64,000 bases of DNA from Cycas panzhihuaensis (GCA_023213395.1 CM041465.1:136779741-136843740), one strand, 5' to 3'; numbered from the stretch's first letter, positions 1 to 12,899 are shown. The notes: generated by a model not told the origin, from the letters alone. Translations and numbers: made by a program.

Positions 1-1650
1 ATATATACAAGAGACAAAGCCATATAAAGGATGAACTCCTTTTAAAAACCAAAAGGGGCAAGAATGGGGCTTATAATAATACCTTTCTTAAAGATTCAAA
101 TGTGTTTTGATAGGCATAGTTCTAAATCAGAGGAATTAAGTTCTAAATCAAAGGAATATTTTTCTAACAAAGACAATTAGGAGGTTAGGCTTTAAATACA
201 AGATCTGTGATGAACCTTCATAAATATTTGATTTTTCCCATAAAAGATTTGATCTATGTCATTGTAATCAGTGGAGGTATTTATAAGATAACTTTGGTCT
301 TATCTAGGTCAACACTAATATATAAAGCATTGGTTATGAATCTTAAAAAGCTTCTTTACTATTATAATAAAGACATATCTGGTTGGGTTCAATGGAATCA
401 AGTATTTTATACATCTTTTAAAAATTAGTTATAAATCATGGATGTGATAACCACGTTATAGAGAATGGGCATTTGAATCATCAACATAGGCATGAACTAA
501 GTTTCAGGAAATGAGATCATAGAAATCAATTGTTATTGCTCATTGATAGGTTGCATTAATGTTGATAAGACTAAATGGCATAATTTGATATGTGCGAATA
601 CCCCAAACTGTGATGAAAGATGTCATAATTTGATCATATTCATCTAGACTAATATGATTGTAACTAAAGAAGTCACTTATTAAAGATATAGCCTCAAAAC
701 CAATAGCATAGTCAACAATCATATCAATAAAAGGCAAAGGAAAATTATCTTTTAGACATGCACAATAAAGCTATCAAAAGTCAACATAGACATGATTAGT
801 CCCATTTTTCTTCACTATGGAAACAATATTAAATACCCATTCTAGGTAATTGATGAGATAAATGAGCCTTACCTTCAACAACATTTTAATTTTATTTTTG
901 ATCATCTAAACAAGTTGAGACTTAATTGGTCCTTTTTTTTTTCGTTTAACAAATTTTATATTAAGATGAGTTATGATGTTATAAACAACAGTAATGGGAT
1001 CAACTCTTAACATGTCATCATATGACCACATAAATACCTCATGAATTTTGTGAAATAAATCAATATGAGCTTGGTGTTTAATCGACATGTATTTAACTCC
1101 TAATTTAATAATCCATTGGGTAGAAATCAGTGAAGCATCAATGCCAATGGTTTTCCCAATGAGCATGAAATTGTCATCTTTGAAGGGTTTAGTGATAGGA
1201 GGTAAAACATCATCCAATCCATAGAATTAGATGTTAGAATAACAAAGGATATTTACATAACACCTTTACATTAGTCATATCAAATTCAACACTAAGAGTG
1301 TCAGATTCGATTGTGTTTGACATAAAATACAATAGATGTCCATGTCTTTAATATAAATCATCCAAAGGGGTTTTATTATAAATTCCAAAATATCTTCATC
1401 ATCTTAGAAAAGATCAAGGGAATAGATTGATTTTGTTTCAACTATAAATACATCTTGTGAGGACATGGAGGTTATATCAATTCTTTTGAGAGGCATAAGA
1501 CCATAAATATCTAAACTCGTATCTTCAAAATGTTGTTCATGTTTAACATCGAAGAATGGAATAATCTAAAAGTTAGAAATTTCAAGAATAACCATATAAT
1601 AAAACTTAGACAATTTGATGACTCTGATGTAATTACCATCTAAAAACTAA
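1..1650 (-). mobile_element. Old degenerate Ty3/gypsy pol fragment (RT and upstream linker; non-chromovirus Tat/Athila-like), running off the left edge
   Basis: Minus ORF 540-737 (PFIDMIVD...FSYNHI...TSFITVWG...YQIMPF) is a decayed gypsy RT. ORF 906-1217 (EVFMWSYDDM..VDP...) is the usual pre-RT region. Many stops; right boundary approximate. Confidence 0.75.
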
Positions 1651-2019
1651 ATTTCATTAAAAAAAAAGAAGACAATATAATTGTCATGGCATGAATTTAT
1701 CCATAACCTAAAAGAATATTATAGTTCAAAATCTAATTAACAACTTTAACATTAATATGAATAATTTTACTTAAAAAAAAAAAATTTAAAATATAATCCA
1801 TTGAAAAACATTTAACTACATCAAAACATATAATCAATATAAAACTTTTTTTAGAAACTTAAATTCAAAAAATGTAACTTTGTATATCATTTTAAATTAA
1901 AAATTAACTTTTAATTTAATTTAACACACGATTTTAAACTTAAATTCTATTATGACACATTTATAAATAGAAATCTATTTAACTTAAAAAAAAAAAAAAG
2001 TATTCTTTTTATGTAATAC

Positions 2020-3084
2020 CGCATTTCTATCCCTCGCGAATCTTTCACTCACCATGTCACCCCTCCGTATTTTTAAATATCAATTAAAGAGTTCAAAAAA
2101 AAAAAAAAAAAAAAAAAATGATACACGCTACTTTATCGGAATTTACTAGGGAGGAGTGGGATTTTAGAGAAAACGGGATAGCCCACTTTTCGTTATTTTA
2201 TTTTAAACATAACGTGGAGATGATTTCGTCTTCCTGTCTTCCTGGGGGTTCCATGTGACAGCACAGGGGAACGAAGGGCCTCTTTGGAGAAGGTTTAATC
2301 AGAGCGGATGTGCTGCTTTTATCCACTGTTTCAGCACTTCAATACCAGTCAATGGATAGTTCATCGAAATTGTTACTCATCTGGCTAGATCTGGTACACA
2401 ATTTAGCAGGGATGGACGTTCGCGATCGATAATTTGGACGATTTAGAGAGGAGAATTTGTACTTTTTCTTTTTTTGTTGTCTGATAAGGCGAAAGATCTC
2501 TTGGTCAGGAGAAGTTGTTTAAAATTATTAATGTATGAAGCATCTTCTGGCGTCATCCATGACGACGTTGATCGCTTGATCCAAAATATTATTACTCAAA
2601 ACGGTGAGGGTCGAATCCCGATTCTTTGTGTAGATACCGCAATCAGGCAGCTGGAATGATGTACTGAATCCGAGTATTCTCTATTTCTGTTTTGGCGAAT
2701 TTCGTCATTTGTGGAAGCAGCTCGACAAGGTCGGTTGATGAAATCTTGATATTTGATGCCCTAAATTGGTATGTTTTCCAGATTGCTTTTTCTGCAATTA
2801 AATTGATCTTAAGAATTCCTGTTGCGTGATGTTCTAAGCCTTGGTACTTTCCAGCTGTTTCTTTGTAGAAGCAGCACAACTAGGTCGGCCGAATAAGCCT
2901 TGGTACGTGTTGCCCTAAATTGAGGTATTGGTTAATCCGTTTTTCGTGTCATTGTGTCGATGAAATTGTTTTCTCTATAAAATTTTTTCTTAGTGGAAGC
3001 CTCACACCTCGAAAATACAGCATCGTTTATGTACATTTCGTACTCAACGGAGGGCACTTGGGCTCCTCTCATTAAACAATCAAT
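2020..3084 (+). promoter_or_regulatory. Putative promoter / 5' UTR region of SNX2
   Basis: Non-repetitive, relatively CpG-rich segment (e.g. ccctcgcgaa, gacgttcgcgatcgat) directly upstream of the ATG, with a poly(A) tract at ~2095-2118. TSS and any UTR intron not determinable. Confidence 0.45.
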
Positions 3085-4110
3085 ATGATGGGTCCTGAAA
3101 ACGATGAGGTTGAACAAAACCGGCTCCTTACGTCGGCAGATGTTATGGAGAGTGTTGTGCTGGATCAATCCCCACAAACATATCTATCCAATAATGATTA
3201 CAAGAGTATAATGGCAGGGGGCATGTCTTATGTTGAGACCCATCCTTTGTCTCCATCAGGAGACCCCTTGCATTCCTCATTCAGAGATTCACATAAGAAG
3301 AGTTCGTCGCGGAACGATCCTCTTATGGATCCTCCTTCCTATGCAGATGTTGTTTTCACCCCTTATGTGGGAGAGCCTGTTGGGAATGGGACCTCGAGAG
3401 AGGCAGGGAAGTCTTCTTTTACACACTCTGGTTCGTCTAGTCCGGAGTTTCTGAAAGTAACAGTGTTGCATCCTCAGAAAGAACATGAGATTACGGCATC
3501 TCTCATTCCTGGTGGAAGCACTTACGTGACATATCTCATTTCCACTCGCACCAATATCCCTGAATTTGGTGGTAAAGAGTTCAGTGTCAGACGGCGCTTT
3601 CGTGATGTTGTGACTCTGGCTGATCGGCTTGCTGAGTCATTTCGAGGGTTTTTCATCCCTCCCCGTCCAGACAAAAGCATTGTAGAAAGTCAGGTCATGC
3701 ATAAGGAGGAATTTATCGAGCAGCGGAGAGTGTCCGTGGAGAAGTATCTTGGTAGATTGGCTGCTCACCCAGTGCTTAGGAAGAGCAAGGAACTGATGTT
3801 GTTTCTTCAAGTTCAGGGGAAACTACCATTACCCACAACAACCGACATGGCTTCAAGAATGTTGGATGGAGCAGCCAAACTTCCGAGGCAGCTGTTTGGT
3901 GAAAGCAGTGTGTTGATTACTTCTCAAGATATTGTTCAACCTGCAAAAGGAGGTAGGGATTTCGTTAGAATGTTCAAGGAGTTAAAACAGTACGTCACTA
4001 ATGATTGGGGAGGAACAAAGCCCCCTGTTGTTGAGGAAGACAAAGACTTTTTGGAGAGGAAAGAGAAGTTGCGGGATCTTGAACACCAGCTAAGCGAAGC
4101 TTCTCAACAG
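3085..4110 (+). CDS. SNX2: Sorting nexin 2 (SNX2A/2B-like), coding exon 1: N-terminus, PX domain and start of BAR domain
   Basis: DPPSYAD motif; PX motifs YVTYLISTRTN, VRRRFRDVVTLADRL, FIPPRPDKS; QPAKGGRD..RMFKEL; NDWGG. 1026 bp ending at donor CAG|GTAACG (4110/4111). Confidence 0.95.
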
Positions 4111-4640
4111 GTAACGCATGGAACCCTTTCTCATTTGTTTGTTTCACCTGTCTGTGTTTTTGCCAATATTCCCTGTTTTGCATTCTGCTTCCTTCCTTAT
4201 AAAACTTCCCTATCCAATGCTGCAAATGTCTTTATTTTCTGAATGTAGTCTGACATGATTAATTGCTGGAGTGAAATGCAAGAGACTAGACTATGTTGCA
4301 AGTTGCCTGGAAAATGGATATGTTAAGAGGGGAAAGAGATTACTGCTGCTAACTGAGTGATTTTGCTTGCATGAATGCTCTGAATGCGCTGAAAAAAATG
4401 TTCAATGTTCTACGAAAAGTAGAAATAGAAATTATATTAATGCTCACTTAAGCCAAAAAGCGGTCCATGATACACAGTATGCATTGATGTAAAACATATG
4501 ATAAGGGTGTCTCACGCAGCCCTAGGACCAAAGCCTAGTTGGATAGACAAAAATTTCCCATATCTACAATATAATCAATTGCAGTATAGAATATATGTAG
4601 AAAATGGCATACGCGAGGAACTGCAATATCAGAATGGCTC

Positions 4641-5664
4641 CAATAGTCTGTTGAATAATTGAATTCAATGTCTGTTCCCATGCAAGAGATCATTCTATTT
4701 GGAGTGGGAACCCTTTTGATAGTTTTGCCTTGTTTGAGTTGAACCAACTATGAGGAGTTACAACTCCAGTTATATAATAATTCCAGAAATTTTATCTCAA
4801 GGTGTACTTGTGCTGAGTGCCTCTGGAGAAGCTGAGCAAACCACAATTTTTTGTTTTATTTTATTTTTCTTCTGGTAGACAACTTTCATTTTATTAAATG
4901 ATGGCCTCCTAGGAAGCAAGATCTAGCCATATCCTAGTCAGCAGTAGTAAAGAAGAGCATATCATCTAGTGTATGGTTGCAGTTTGATACAATGAAAATC
5001 CATTGTTATGTTCCAATGGTCCATTGGAAAATAAAATGGCTACAACCCTGCCTAGGTTAATTGGAGATTTCAATTGAACTTTAACCACGTGTTTAATTAA
5101 ACATTGATTTGTCTTTTAAGTTTACATTGAAAATAAGGCTTTAGCATCAGTCCAAGATTAAAATAAAAATAAAAATGCAATAGTCTGTTGAATTCAGCAT
5201 ATGCTCGCGTGCAAGAGATCATTCAGTTTGGACCAGGAACCCCTTTGATAGTTTTTCCTTGTTTGAGTTGAACCAAATCTGAGGAGTCACAAGTCTAGGG
5301 ATATAATAATTTCAGAAATTTCATTGCAATTAGTACTTGTGCCAAGTGCCTATAGGGAAGTTGAACAAATCACAAATTTTTCTTTTTTGTTTTTCTTCTT
5401 ATAGAGCAGTTGCGCTTATTAAATGATGGCTTCCTGGAAAGCAAGATTTGGCCATACCCCAGTAAAGAAGAGCCTATCCGTCTAGTGTATGGGGGTGGTG
5501 CAACACAATGAAAATGCATTGTTATGTTCATGGGAAGTCCACAAGAAAATAAATGGCTACAACTTGTCCAGGTTAATTGGAGATTTCAATTGAACTTTAA
5601 CCATGTGTATAATTAAATATTGTTTTGTCTTTTAAGTTTACATTGAAAATAAGGCTTTAACATT
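4641..5664. repeat. Tandem duplication of a ~500-bp non-TE intronic segment (copies ~4641-5148 and ~5178-5664)
   Basis: Both copies start caatagtctgttgaat and end gtcttttaagtttacattgaaaataaggcttta, with colinear shared blocks between; roughly 80% identical by eye. Confidence 0.85.
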
Positions 5665-6194
5665 AAAAATGAACTATGGCTCACCCTTGGATTATGGAAA
5701 TAATACTGCTAAACTCTGTGATTCTTGTTTGGCCATTTTTGCCTAGGCGTTTGTCTGTTGCAAGGATATGTTAGACCTCAATCTGTGTTCAAATCACTTC
5801 TCATCAGCTGTGGAGAAACCATCAGTTTGGCATGGAATTTCAAACTATGTTCTTCATTGATGCAGGAGATGATGTCTTTCGTCTATTGTTCTTGCAGAGC
5901 AGTCTTGATGGGAAAGAGAGGAGTGGCTGCCTGTTCTGCAAGGAGTTCCTATTCTGTACAGACCTGTGAATATGGATGTAGAATCACCATTTGTTTGAGA
6001 TGACCACAGAAACAGATGGGTAAATTTAGGACGTGGTAATCAAGAGAACACATGCAATGCTTGCATCACCTGAAGTCCAGTAAGTAGGACACAACTATTG
6101 TCATGTGCTTGATTATCAAGGGAACCACACATGTAACGTTTTAACTAATTTGCCATTTTCAACCTTTAGTGCTCGCAAAACAATACATCACTAT

Positions 6195-7645
6195 TGTTAC
6201 GATCCTTCTCCGCGTAAGCAATAGAATAGCAGCCCTCTTCGAGTCAAGGAGACCTCTAAAATGCTGCTAAAGTAGTCACCACAAGTATAGAATCAGAATT
6301 GAGATGATTATCCCTGAGTATAAGATGGATATTTATAATCATCTTAGCCCATCTCTATTTTTCCCTCCAAAATACAGACTTCCTAATTAAATATCTTTTT
6401 TGGAACATAACAAGTTTCTCCCACTAGAAGATGCTTTGCCCTCAAAGCATCGAGACATGTAGGTTCTATTGATGTTGACTTTTATCCTACCGAGTAGCAT
6501 CATCTTCTTCCATATTTTTCCATTTCACTAGATATTTCTTGATTTGCCTTGTCTGCAATTGCTTGGCTCTGGTATCTAGAATGCCTTCTAGTTGTAACAC
6601 TGGTGATCCTTCATCGTCAATTTCTGGCATAGTTATTTGCAGTTGGACCTTTTTCTCAATTTTCTTCTTTAAATAGGATATATGAAACACATTATGTATT
6701 TGAGCGTTAGGCTAGTCCAATTGATACACGACTTCTCCTACTCTTCTTAGTACTTGGAAAGGTCTGTAAAACTTGGGTTGGAGCTTTTGTTTGCCAAATT
6801 TTCTTATGGTGGCTTGTTTGTATGGTTGCAATTTTAGGAAGACCCAATCGTCGACTTCAAATTGTCATTCTAAGTGATGGAGGTCCTGTTGTTGCTTTAT
6901 CTTATTTCAATTTTATTAAAATTATCCTTGAGACTACACATGATTTCTTCCATTTTTTTCCATTTGTTTTTTAATACTTGAGACATTTAACCTAAGTGAT
7001 AGAATGGATGAGGGGTGAAGGATCATACTCATAAAGTGCTTTGAATGGTGACATTTGTGCTGTTGTAGGATACGTGGTGTTGTACCACCATTATGCTAGA
7101 TGTAGCCATTTGTGCCATTGCCTCTATTTATCTGATGTGAAATATTTAAAATAGCTTTCCAAACATTTACTTACTACTTCAATTTGTCCATCCATTTGAG
7201 GGTAGTAGGCTATGCTTATGGTTAGTTTGGTTCCAACTAATTGAAATGTCTCTTTTAAGAAATTGCTTGTAAACTTAAGATCGTGATAATTGACAATCAG
7301 TTTGGGAAACCTATGTAGTCAATGAATCTTCTTCACGAATGTTTCTGCAATTTGATTGGCTTTGAATGACACTCATATTTCTTTCAAGTGGGCATATTTG
7401 GTCAATCTATCCACTACTATAAAATAACATTATTTTCTTCCAAGTTTGGTAGAGGCATTATAAAATCCATTGATATTTCCTCCCATTTTTGTTCTAGGAT
7501 ATGTAGCGGTTGCAAGAATCCTGGGATCTTTACTGTTTTTGCCTTATTTCTTTGACATGAATCACATTTGGACTCATGGACATCTTTTTTAAAACCCTTC
7601 AAAAAAACGGATTGTTTAACGATGCAGTATGCTTTGTCCACTCCA
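6195..7645 (-). mobile_element. 5'-truncated chromovirus Ty3/gypsy: integrase, chromodomain, PPT and 3' LTR (6195-6412)
   Basis: ORF 7417-7641 (CDSCQRNK...GFLQPL..KWEEISMDFI) is integrase; 6487-6690 (FHISYLKK...YLVKWK..EDDAT) is a chromodomain. LTR bounded by TGTTA...TAACA with a PPT (rc agtgggagaaact) adjacent. Confidence 0.85.
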
Positions 7646-7648
7646 ACT

Positions 7649-9230
7649 CGACTTGTTGCAAAAGGCTACATTCAAACACCTGGAGTTGATTACGAAGACA
7701 CTTTCGCACCTGTAGCAAAAATGACTACTATAAGGATGTTAATTTCTCTTGCAGCTCAGTTCGGTTGGGAACTTCATCAAATGGATGTAAAAAATGCCTT
7801 CTTGAATGGCATATTGAATGAAGAAGTCTATATGAAACAACCAGAAGGGTTTGAAAAAGTAGGAAATGAACAACTTGTTTGCAAGTTGAAGAAAGCTTTT
7901 TATGGGTTTAAACAGGCACCAAGGGCGTGGTACTCACGCATTGATGAATATTTTGTCTCACTTGGGTTCACAAGATGTGAATCAGATCATAGCTTGTATG
8001 TGTTGCATAAGGATGATGATATCCTAATTGTAGCTTTGTATGTGGATGATCTTATTTTGACTGGGTCTAATGTTGAGAAGATCAACATATTAAAAAAGCA
8101 ACTATCAAAGGCTTTTGAAATGATTGATCTTGGTCTATTACACTTCTACCTAGGAATGGAAATATGGTAGAAGAAAGATCATATCTTTGTATCTCAGTCA
8201 AAGTATGCTTACAATTTGTTAAAACGCTTTCATATGGAGAATTGTAAACCAATTTCAACTCTAATGGAAGTTGGTCTCAAATTGGTAAAAGAAAGTAATG
8301 ATAGAACAATAGATAAAACTCTATATAGGCAACTAGTGGGAAGTCTCATATATTTGACTAATACTAGACCTGATTTGAGTTATGCTGTTGGTATTATATC
8401 AAGATATATGAAAGCTCCTTCCATATTACATTGGAAAGTAGCAAAGCACATTTTGAGATATGTTCGTGGAACCATTCAGTTTGGACTACTATTTCAGAAA
8501 TCTTCTGAATTTGTACTACATGGATTCATTGACTCAGACTGGGCAGGAGATGATGACACAAGAAGATCTACATCAGGATATGTATTTGCACTCAATTCTG
8601 GAATAATCTCATGGAGCAGTAAATTACAATCAACAGTTTCCTTATCATCTACTGAAGCTGAATACAAAGCTGCAGTAACTGCAACTTGTGAGGCTATTTG
8701 GCTTAGAGGACTTCTTAGCCACTTCAAACTTGATCAAGATGAACCTACTCAATTATTTTGCGACAATCAAGGTGCAATCCAACTGTCAAAGAATCCAGTT
8801 TTCCATGCAAGGAGCAAACACGTGGAAATTCATCATCATTTCATTCAAAAACAAGTGGAGAATGGTGTAGTTGAATTGATCTACTGTAGCTCAAGTGATC
8901 AAATTGTAGACTTACTCACCAAAGCATTGAGTCGTGAAAATTTTGAGAGATTAAGGACATTAATGTTTGTAAGAGAAAATGAACTTAACATTATGGGAGG
9001 GTGTTAGAAGTAATGTACATTCCCATTTCATTTCATTTAAGTTCATTTTAGGTTCATTAGAATAATTGCTCACAACAAATAGTCAGGGCATTAAATTTTG
9101 TGAATTTTCTTCAAAGTTTTCCATTTGTGAATGGTGGACTTTGTATTCTGCAATTGATTAGCTTGATCACAGGCTTTGATAACAATTGATGTGTATTTAT
9201 GGTGATTAGAAAATTTAGAGAACATTACCT
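7649..9230 (+). mobile_element. 5'-truncated Ty1/copia RT-RNaseH with PPT and start of 3' LTR (from 9002)
   Basis: RLVAKGY...[11 protein letters not shown]...LYVDD...DSDWAG...HARSKHVEI; one in-frame TAG at 8168; PPT atgggaggg followed by TGTTAG at 9002. LTR end uncertain. Confidence 0.88.
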
Positions 9231-9859
9231 AAATGTTAGGGATTGTCAAAGAGGTGATGTAAATGAATTTTTTTTCTATTATTTCTGAGAAATGGATCAC
9301 AATCACACATACACTCATGCTTATATAATGGGATGCCTCTCAATTAATGTTGAGGACTTTGTAACCACTTTAACAACCCCAAACTACTTAACAAATCTAG
9401 TTAGTTTAACAAAGTAAATTAAATGGCAAGTTTATTCAATTGACTAACAAACCTAAACGTACTTTACATAAAAGTACGATATCTTACACATTACTCTACA
9501 TAATATCATAATACGTTGATGAGTATTTCTCATCATAAAAGGTCTAGGCAAGCAAGACGTCTAGTTGTTTTTGTTGAGTGCTTTCAGAGAGCGCATGATA
9601 GAGTGCAAGAGATTCTCACTAGATCCTAGGCCCAATACAAGGCCCTGCGTGATCAACACAGGATTCAACATGATTTCTAGGTGGGGCATAGAGTTTGGCT
9701 CCTCTCAAACAAGCAATGGTTTAAGCATTAGGCCCATTATGAGCTTAAACCCATCTAGTTTGGGCCATATTAGATCATTGAGGTAGCAAGGCCTAATGTT
9801 AATTGCCTTGATGTTCTGACTCATCTTGGAATGCATGACGTTTTTAATGCCAACAATCT

Positions 9860-10480
9860 CAAGCGTTATGAGTTGCCGCTATTGGAAGAAGAGATTGAAG
9901 TGATACTTCTAAAAGACATGATATCGGGCTTTGAGCTTCCACTTCTAGTAGGCAACCTTTGGGATACTAGGACGTGCACTACATAACACCATTAGATCAC
10001 TACATACCTTGTGGGCAAGAAGGGTAGTTTGCCATCATAAGCTAATTGGATTTTGCAAGTAGCCTTAAGAGTGATTTTCCATGTTCATAGGAGTTGAGGA
10101 AACTGGGAACAACTTCTTCTTAAATAGAGAGGAATTGATGAGCGCAATTACTTGCTTATCTATGTAACATTAAATGCAACATATGTACTTTTGATTATTT
10201 TGGATGTTGCATTCACTTAGAGTCCAAAAAGTGACTTTAGTTTTGGAATACTTAGGTTAGTAAGAATAATTAGATGTAATGAGTAGATGCTTGTCAGTTT
10301 CATGTAATTGCTTTTCAATTTTTGTAACCAATAGATATTAATCACTTTTCTTATAACTCTCCCCTCATCTAATGATGATGCAAAGTCTGGCATCTCAAAA
10401 AAGAGAGTAGTAGTGCATTCCGTTGTACACATGAGAGGGAGTTTTGAAATAGAAGAAAAAATTGTTCATTTCATTTCGAT
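9860..10480 (+). mobile_element. Highly decayed gypsy 3' end (chromodomain-like remnant, PPT, probable LTR from ~10137)
   Basis: Translates with stops to ELPLLEEE...DTRT...YLVG..G..PS*ANW; purine tract aaatagagaggaat then TGATGAG. Confidence 0.4.
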
Positions 10481-10726
10481 GTGCCCTTCAAAGTGTATTT
10501 TCTATGTGCTCATATGTGCTTTGCAACGGGTTCAAGTCAAGATGTAGAAATTGGCATTTGTGAGTTTGGTCTATGCCTGATTTTGATTTGTGGTTTAGTA
10601 TTTTGAATTGTAGTTGAGAGAAAAGCACATGCAATCTATTTTGGAGTGTTCCAATATAGAATGGATAGTTGTATTCTTGCAGTGAGTTCGCAAAAAGCCT
10701 TGGTGATCGTCCACATGGATGCTTTG

Positions 10727-11265
10727 TGTGAAAATGGGCATTAAGCCACATTAGTCCCAAGATCATAAGTAAAAGCACAATATCACAAATGCATGAAGCA
10801 TAAAACATAAAGAACAAAAAGAGAAATAGGAGCAAGATTAAGATACCATGAATGGGAGTTGGAATTAGTCCAACCACCAAAGAATGCTTCAGCTTGATTA
10901 GCAAACTGACAGAATAACAATAAGCTCCTCCTCTTATGATAGCAACAATGAAGAGAGGCCTCTTTAAATAGAAGAAGATGAGAGGCCAAAGGCTATTACA
11001 TGATTGACAAGTGTCAATCATGCAATGCATGCTTGCATGTAGGACAAGTGTCCATTGGGAGCTCATGTGAGCAAAAGTGCAAGGGGGTCATTTGACCCTT
11101 AAGTGACAACGTTATGTCACTAGACATAAAGTGGGTGTGTACTTTATCACTTAAGTGATAAAGTTACACCTAAAGTACAAAAGTGCAAAAGTGCACACAT
11201 AATATAAAAATAGAAAGTACATTAGCTTAACATTATAAACATAAGGTAAACCATGAGGTTTAACA
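10727..11265 (-). mobile_element. Solo LTR of a copia family related to the 28013-35721 element
   Basis: TGTGAAA...TTTAACA termini; 5-bp TSD CTTTG on both sides; reverse complement shares blocks with the 28013 LTR (gtcagtttgctaatcaa, ctagtgaca.aacgttgtcact). Confidence 0.9.
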
Positions 11266-12689
11266 CTTTGAACATTATTTAGCCATGTAGTTCAACTTGT
11301 TCCCAAATGTCAAGAAGCTGTTGATATTTGATTGGTTAGATGGTTCATCTTGCTCTTGGGATATGCTGTGATAAGTGTGGACAAATAGAAGGGTTGTTGA
11401 TCGACAAGCCATACAAAAATATTATAGGTGTTAGTGAATTGTGTATGTGAAGCACTTCTTAGCAAATTGGTAGTCACAACCGCTGATTATCCATATATGC
11501 CAGTCAATGGTTGTTTTTCTAATATGGATATCAACATATCAAGCAAGGGTTGTAAGGACGGTTAGAGCTTGAACTCAACCTTGAAGGACCCGAATTGGTA
11601 GGGTCAAGATAGATTTCTTGGAAGGAATTGAAGAAGAAAAAAAGGAAGTGCAATGGGAGCACACTTGAGGCAGCGAAATTGAAAAATTATGGCATAGATC
11701 TTGTTGGGAAAGTTGAGAGAAATGTTTCTGAAGATGACGCAAGTAACTCATTGGTAACTACTTGTTGGTGACAATGGTGGAAGACAAAGTGGACAAGTTC
11801 AAGAAATTCAATAAACTTTGTGATATTAATGAATTAAACATTGTAGGAGAGTGTTGGAGATAATATTCAATTCATGGTTATTGATGCATATAAGTTCACA
11901 TAAGTTCTCATAGGTGAGTGAATAGATAATAGTCTTAATACGTGTAATTTAAAGTTCACAACTCTTGTTATACTTATCGCAATTTCTCATTGGCCTTCTA
12001 TGAGGTACACATCTCTGTATATATGTACATTTTTATATTAAATTATAAGAATATAGAAACACTTTATATTGCATCTATCTCTTATGTGTTTGATATTCAT
12101 CGAACATGATATCCAACCTAATTTTCTAACACATTCTAGGAGACTATGGAACTTGTTTGGGGGGGTCCTTTTGCAGGGTTTGTAGCACCCACTTATTTCC
12201 ATTACAGTAATGTTAACCCTATGTTGGAATGACTTTGAGGAAAGCACATACCATTCCATTCCATTCTTTATAGTTATAGTTCTGAAACAAATACCATATC
12301 ATTCCTAATAGTATTTGCTTCAGAACTAGCACCAGCTCTGACTTGTTCAGCACCCATTTTGCTACTTGCTGCAGTGTTCCCTGGTTCTATTCTGCTTCTG
12401 GTGGCGGGTCACACAGTTTTGACATGCTTTTGATCAACTTCGCAGCTTAGCCTCCTGATTACCTCAATTTTTGAATTTTAATGTTTAAATTTCAAAGGTT
12501 AAATATCAATTGCCAATTGTTTTAACTGTTGATCAATTTGCTATAGTTAAATATTAACTTTCAGTTGTTTTCAATCTGATTATGGCATTTAATATATAGT
12601 GTTTGCAGGGTCCTATGGTTTGAGCATGGCACTTGTACTCTGTATGACGCAAGAAGATTTGATTGTTAGCTGCCTTTGTTTGTATGCAG

Positions 12690-12899
12690 GCCGAGGCACT
12701 TGTTAAAGCTCAGCAAGAGCTTGGAGAAACCATGGGAGAGCTTGGGTTAGCATTTATTAAACTTGCAAAGTTTGAAAATGAGAAGGTTACTTCCATTTCT
12801 CATGGAACTCATGCTGCAGACGTGAAACATGTTGCTACGGCTGCTGTGAAAGCTAGCAGATTTTATCGAGAGGCAAATGCACAGTCGGTCAAACATTTG
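12690..12899 (+). CDS. SNX2: SNX2 coding exon 2 (BAR/Vps5 domain)
   Basis: Acceptor tgtatgcag|G; translates AEALVKAQQELGETMGELGLAFIKLAKFE...REANAQSVKHL; donor TTG|GTATTT; 210 bp, phase 0. Confidence 0.93.

Noticed and set aside
4111-4242. C-terminal extension of the 385-aa ORF, and similar extensions of ORFs 12663-12938 and 12994-13482
   Set aside because: Read-through into introns beyond canonical splice sites; no SNX similarity.
5898-6019. Possible cryptic or poison exon (ttgcag...gg|gtaaat) in intron 1
   Set aside because: Splice-like sites only; no homology or transcript support can be seen.
7568-8170. 200-aa ORF as an independent gene
   Set aside because: Chimera of antisense gypsy integrase and copia RT.
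9517-9825. TGATGAGT...ACTCATC-bounded segment with a small hairpin, as a solo LTR or hammerhead/retrozyme
   Set aside because: No TSD and no complete CUGANGA...GAAA core; CTGATGA hits on the minus strand near 5805 and 19905 also lack GAAA.
10488-11066. 192-aa hydrophobic ORF, and the paired ORFs at 28310/35466 and 40003/44694
   Set aside because: Chance frames within LTRs; the duplication reflects LTR pairs.
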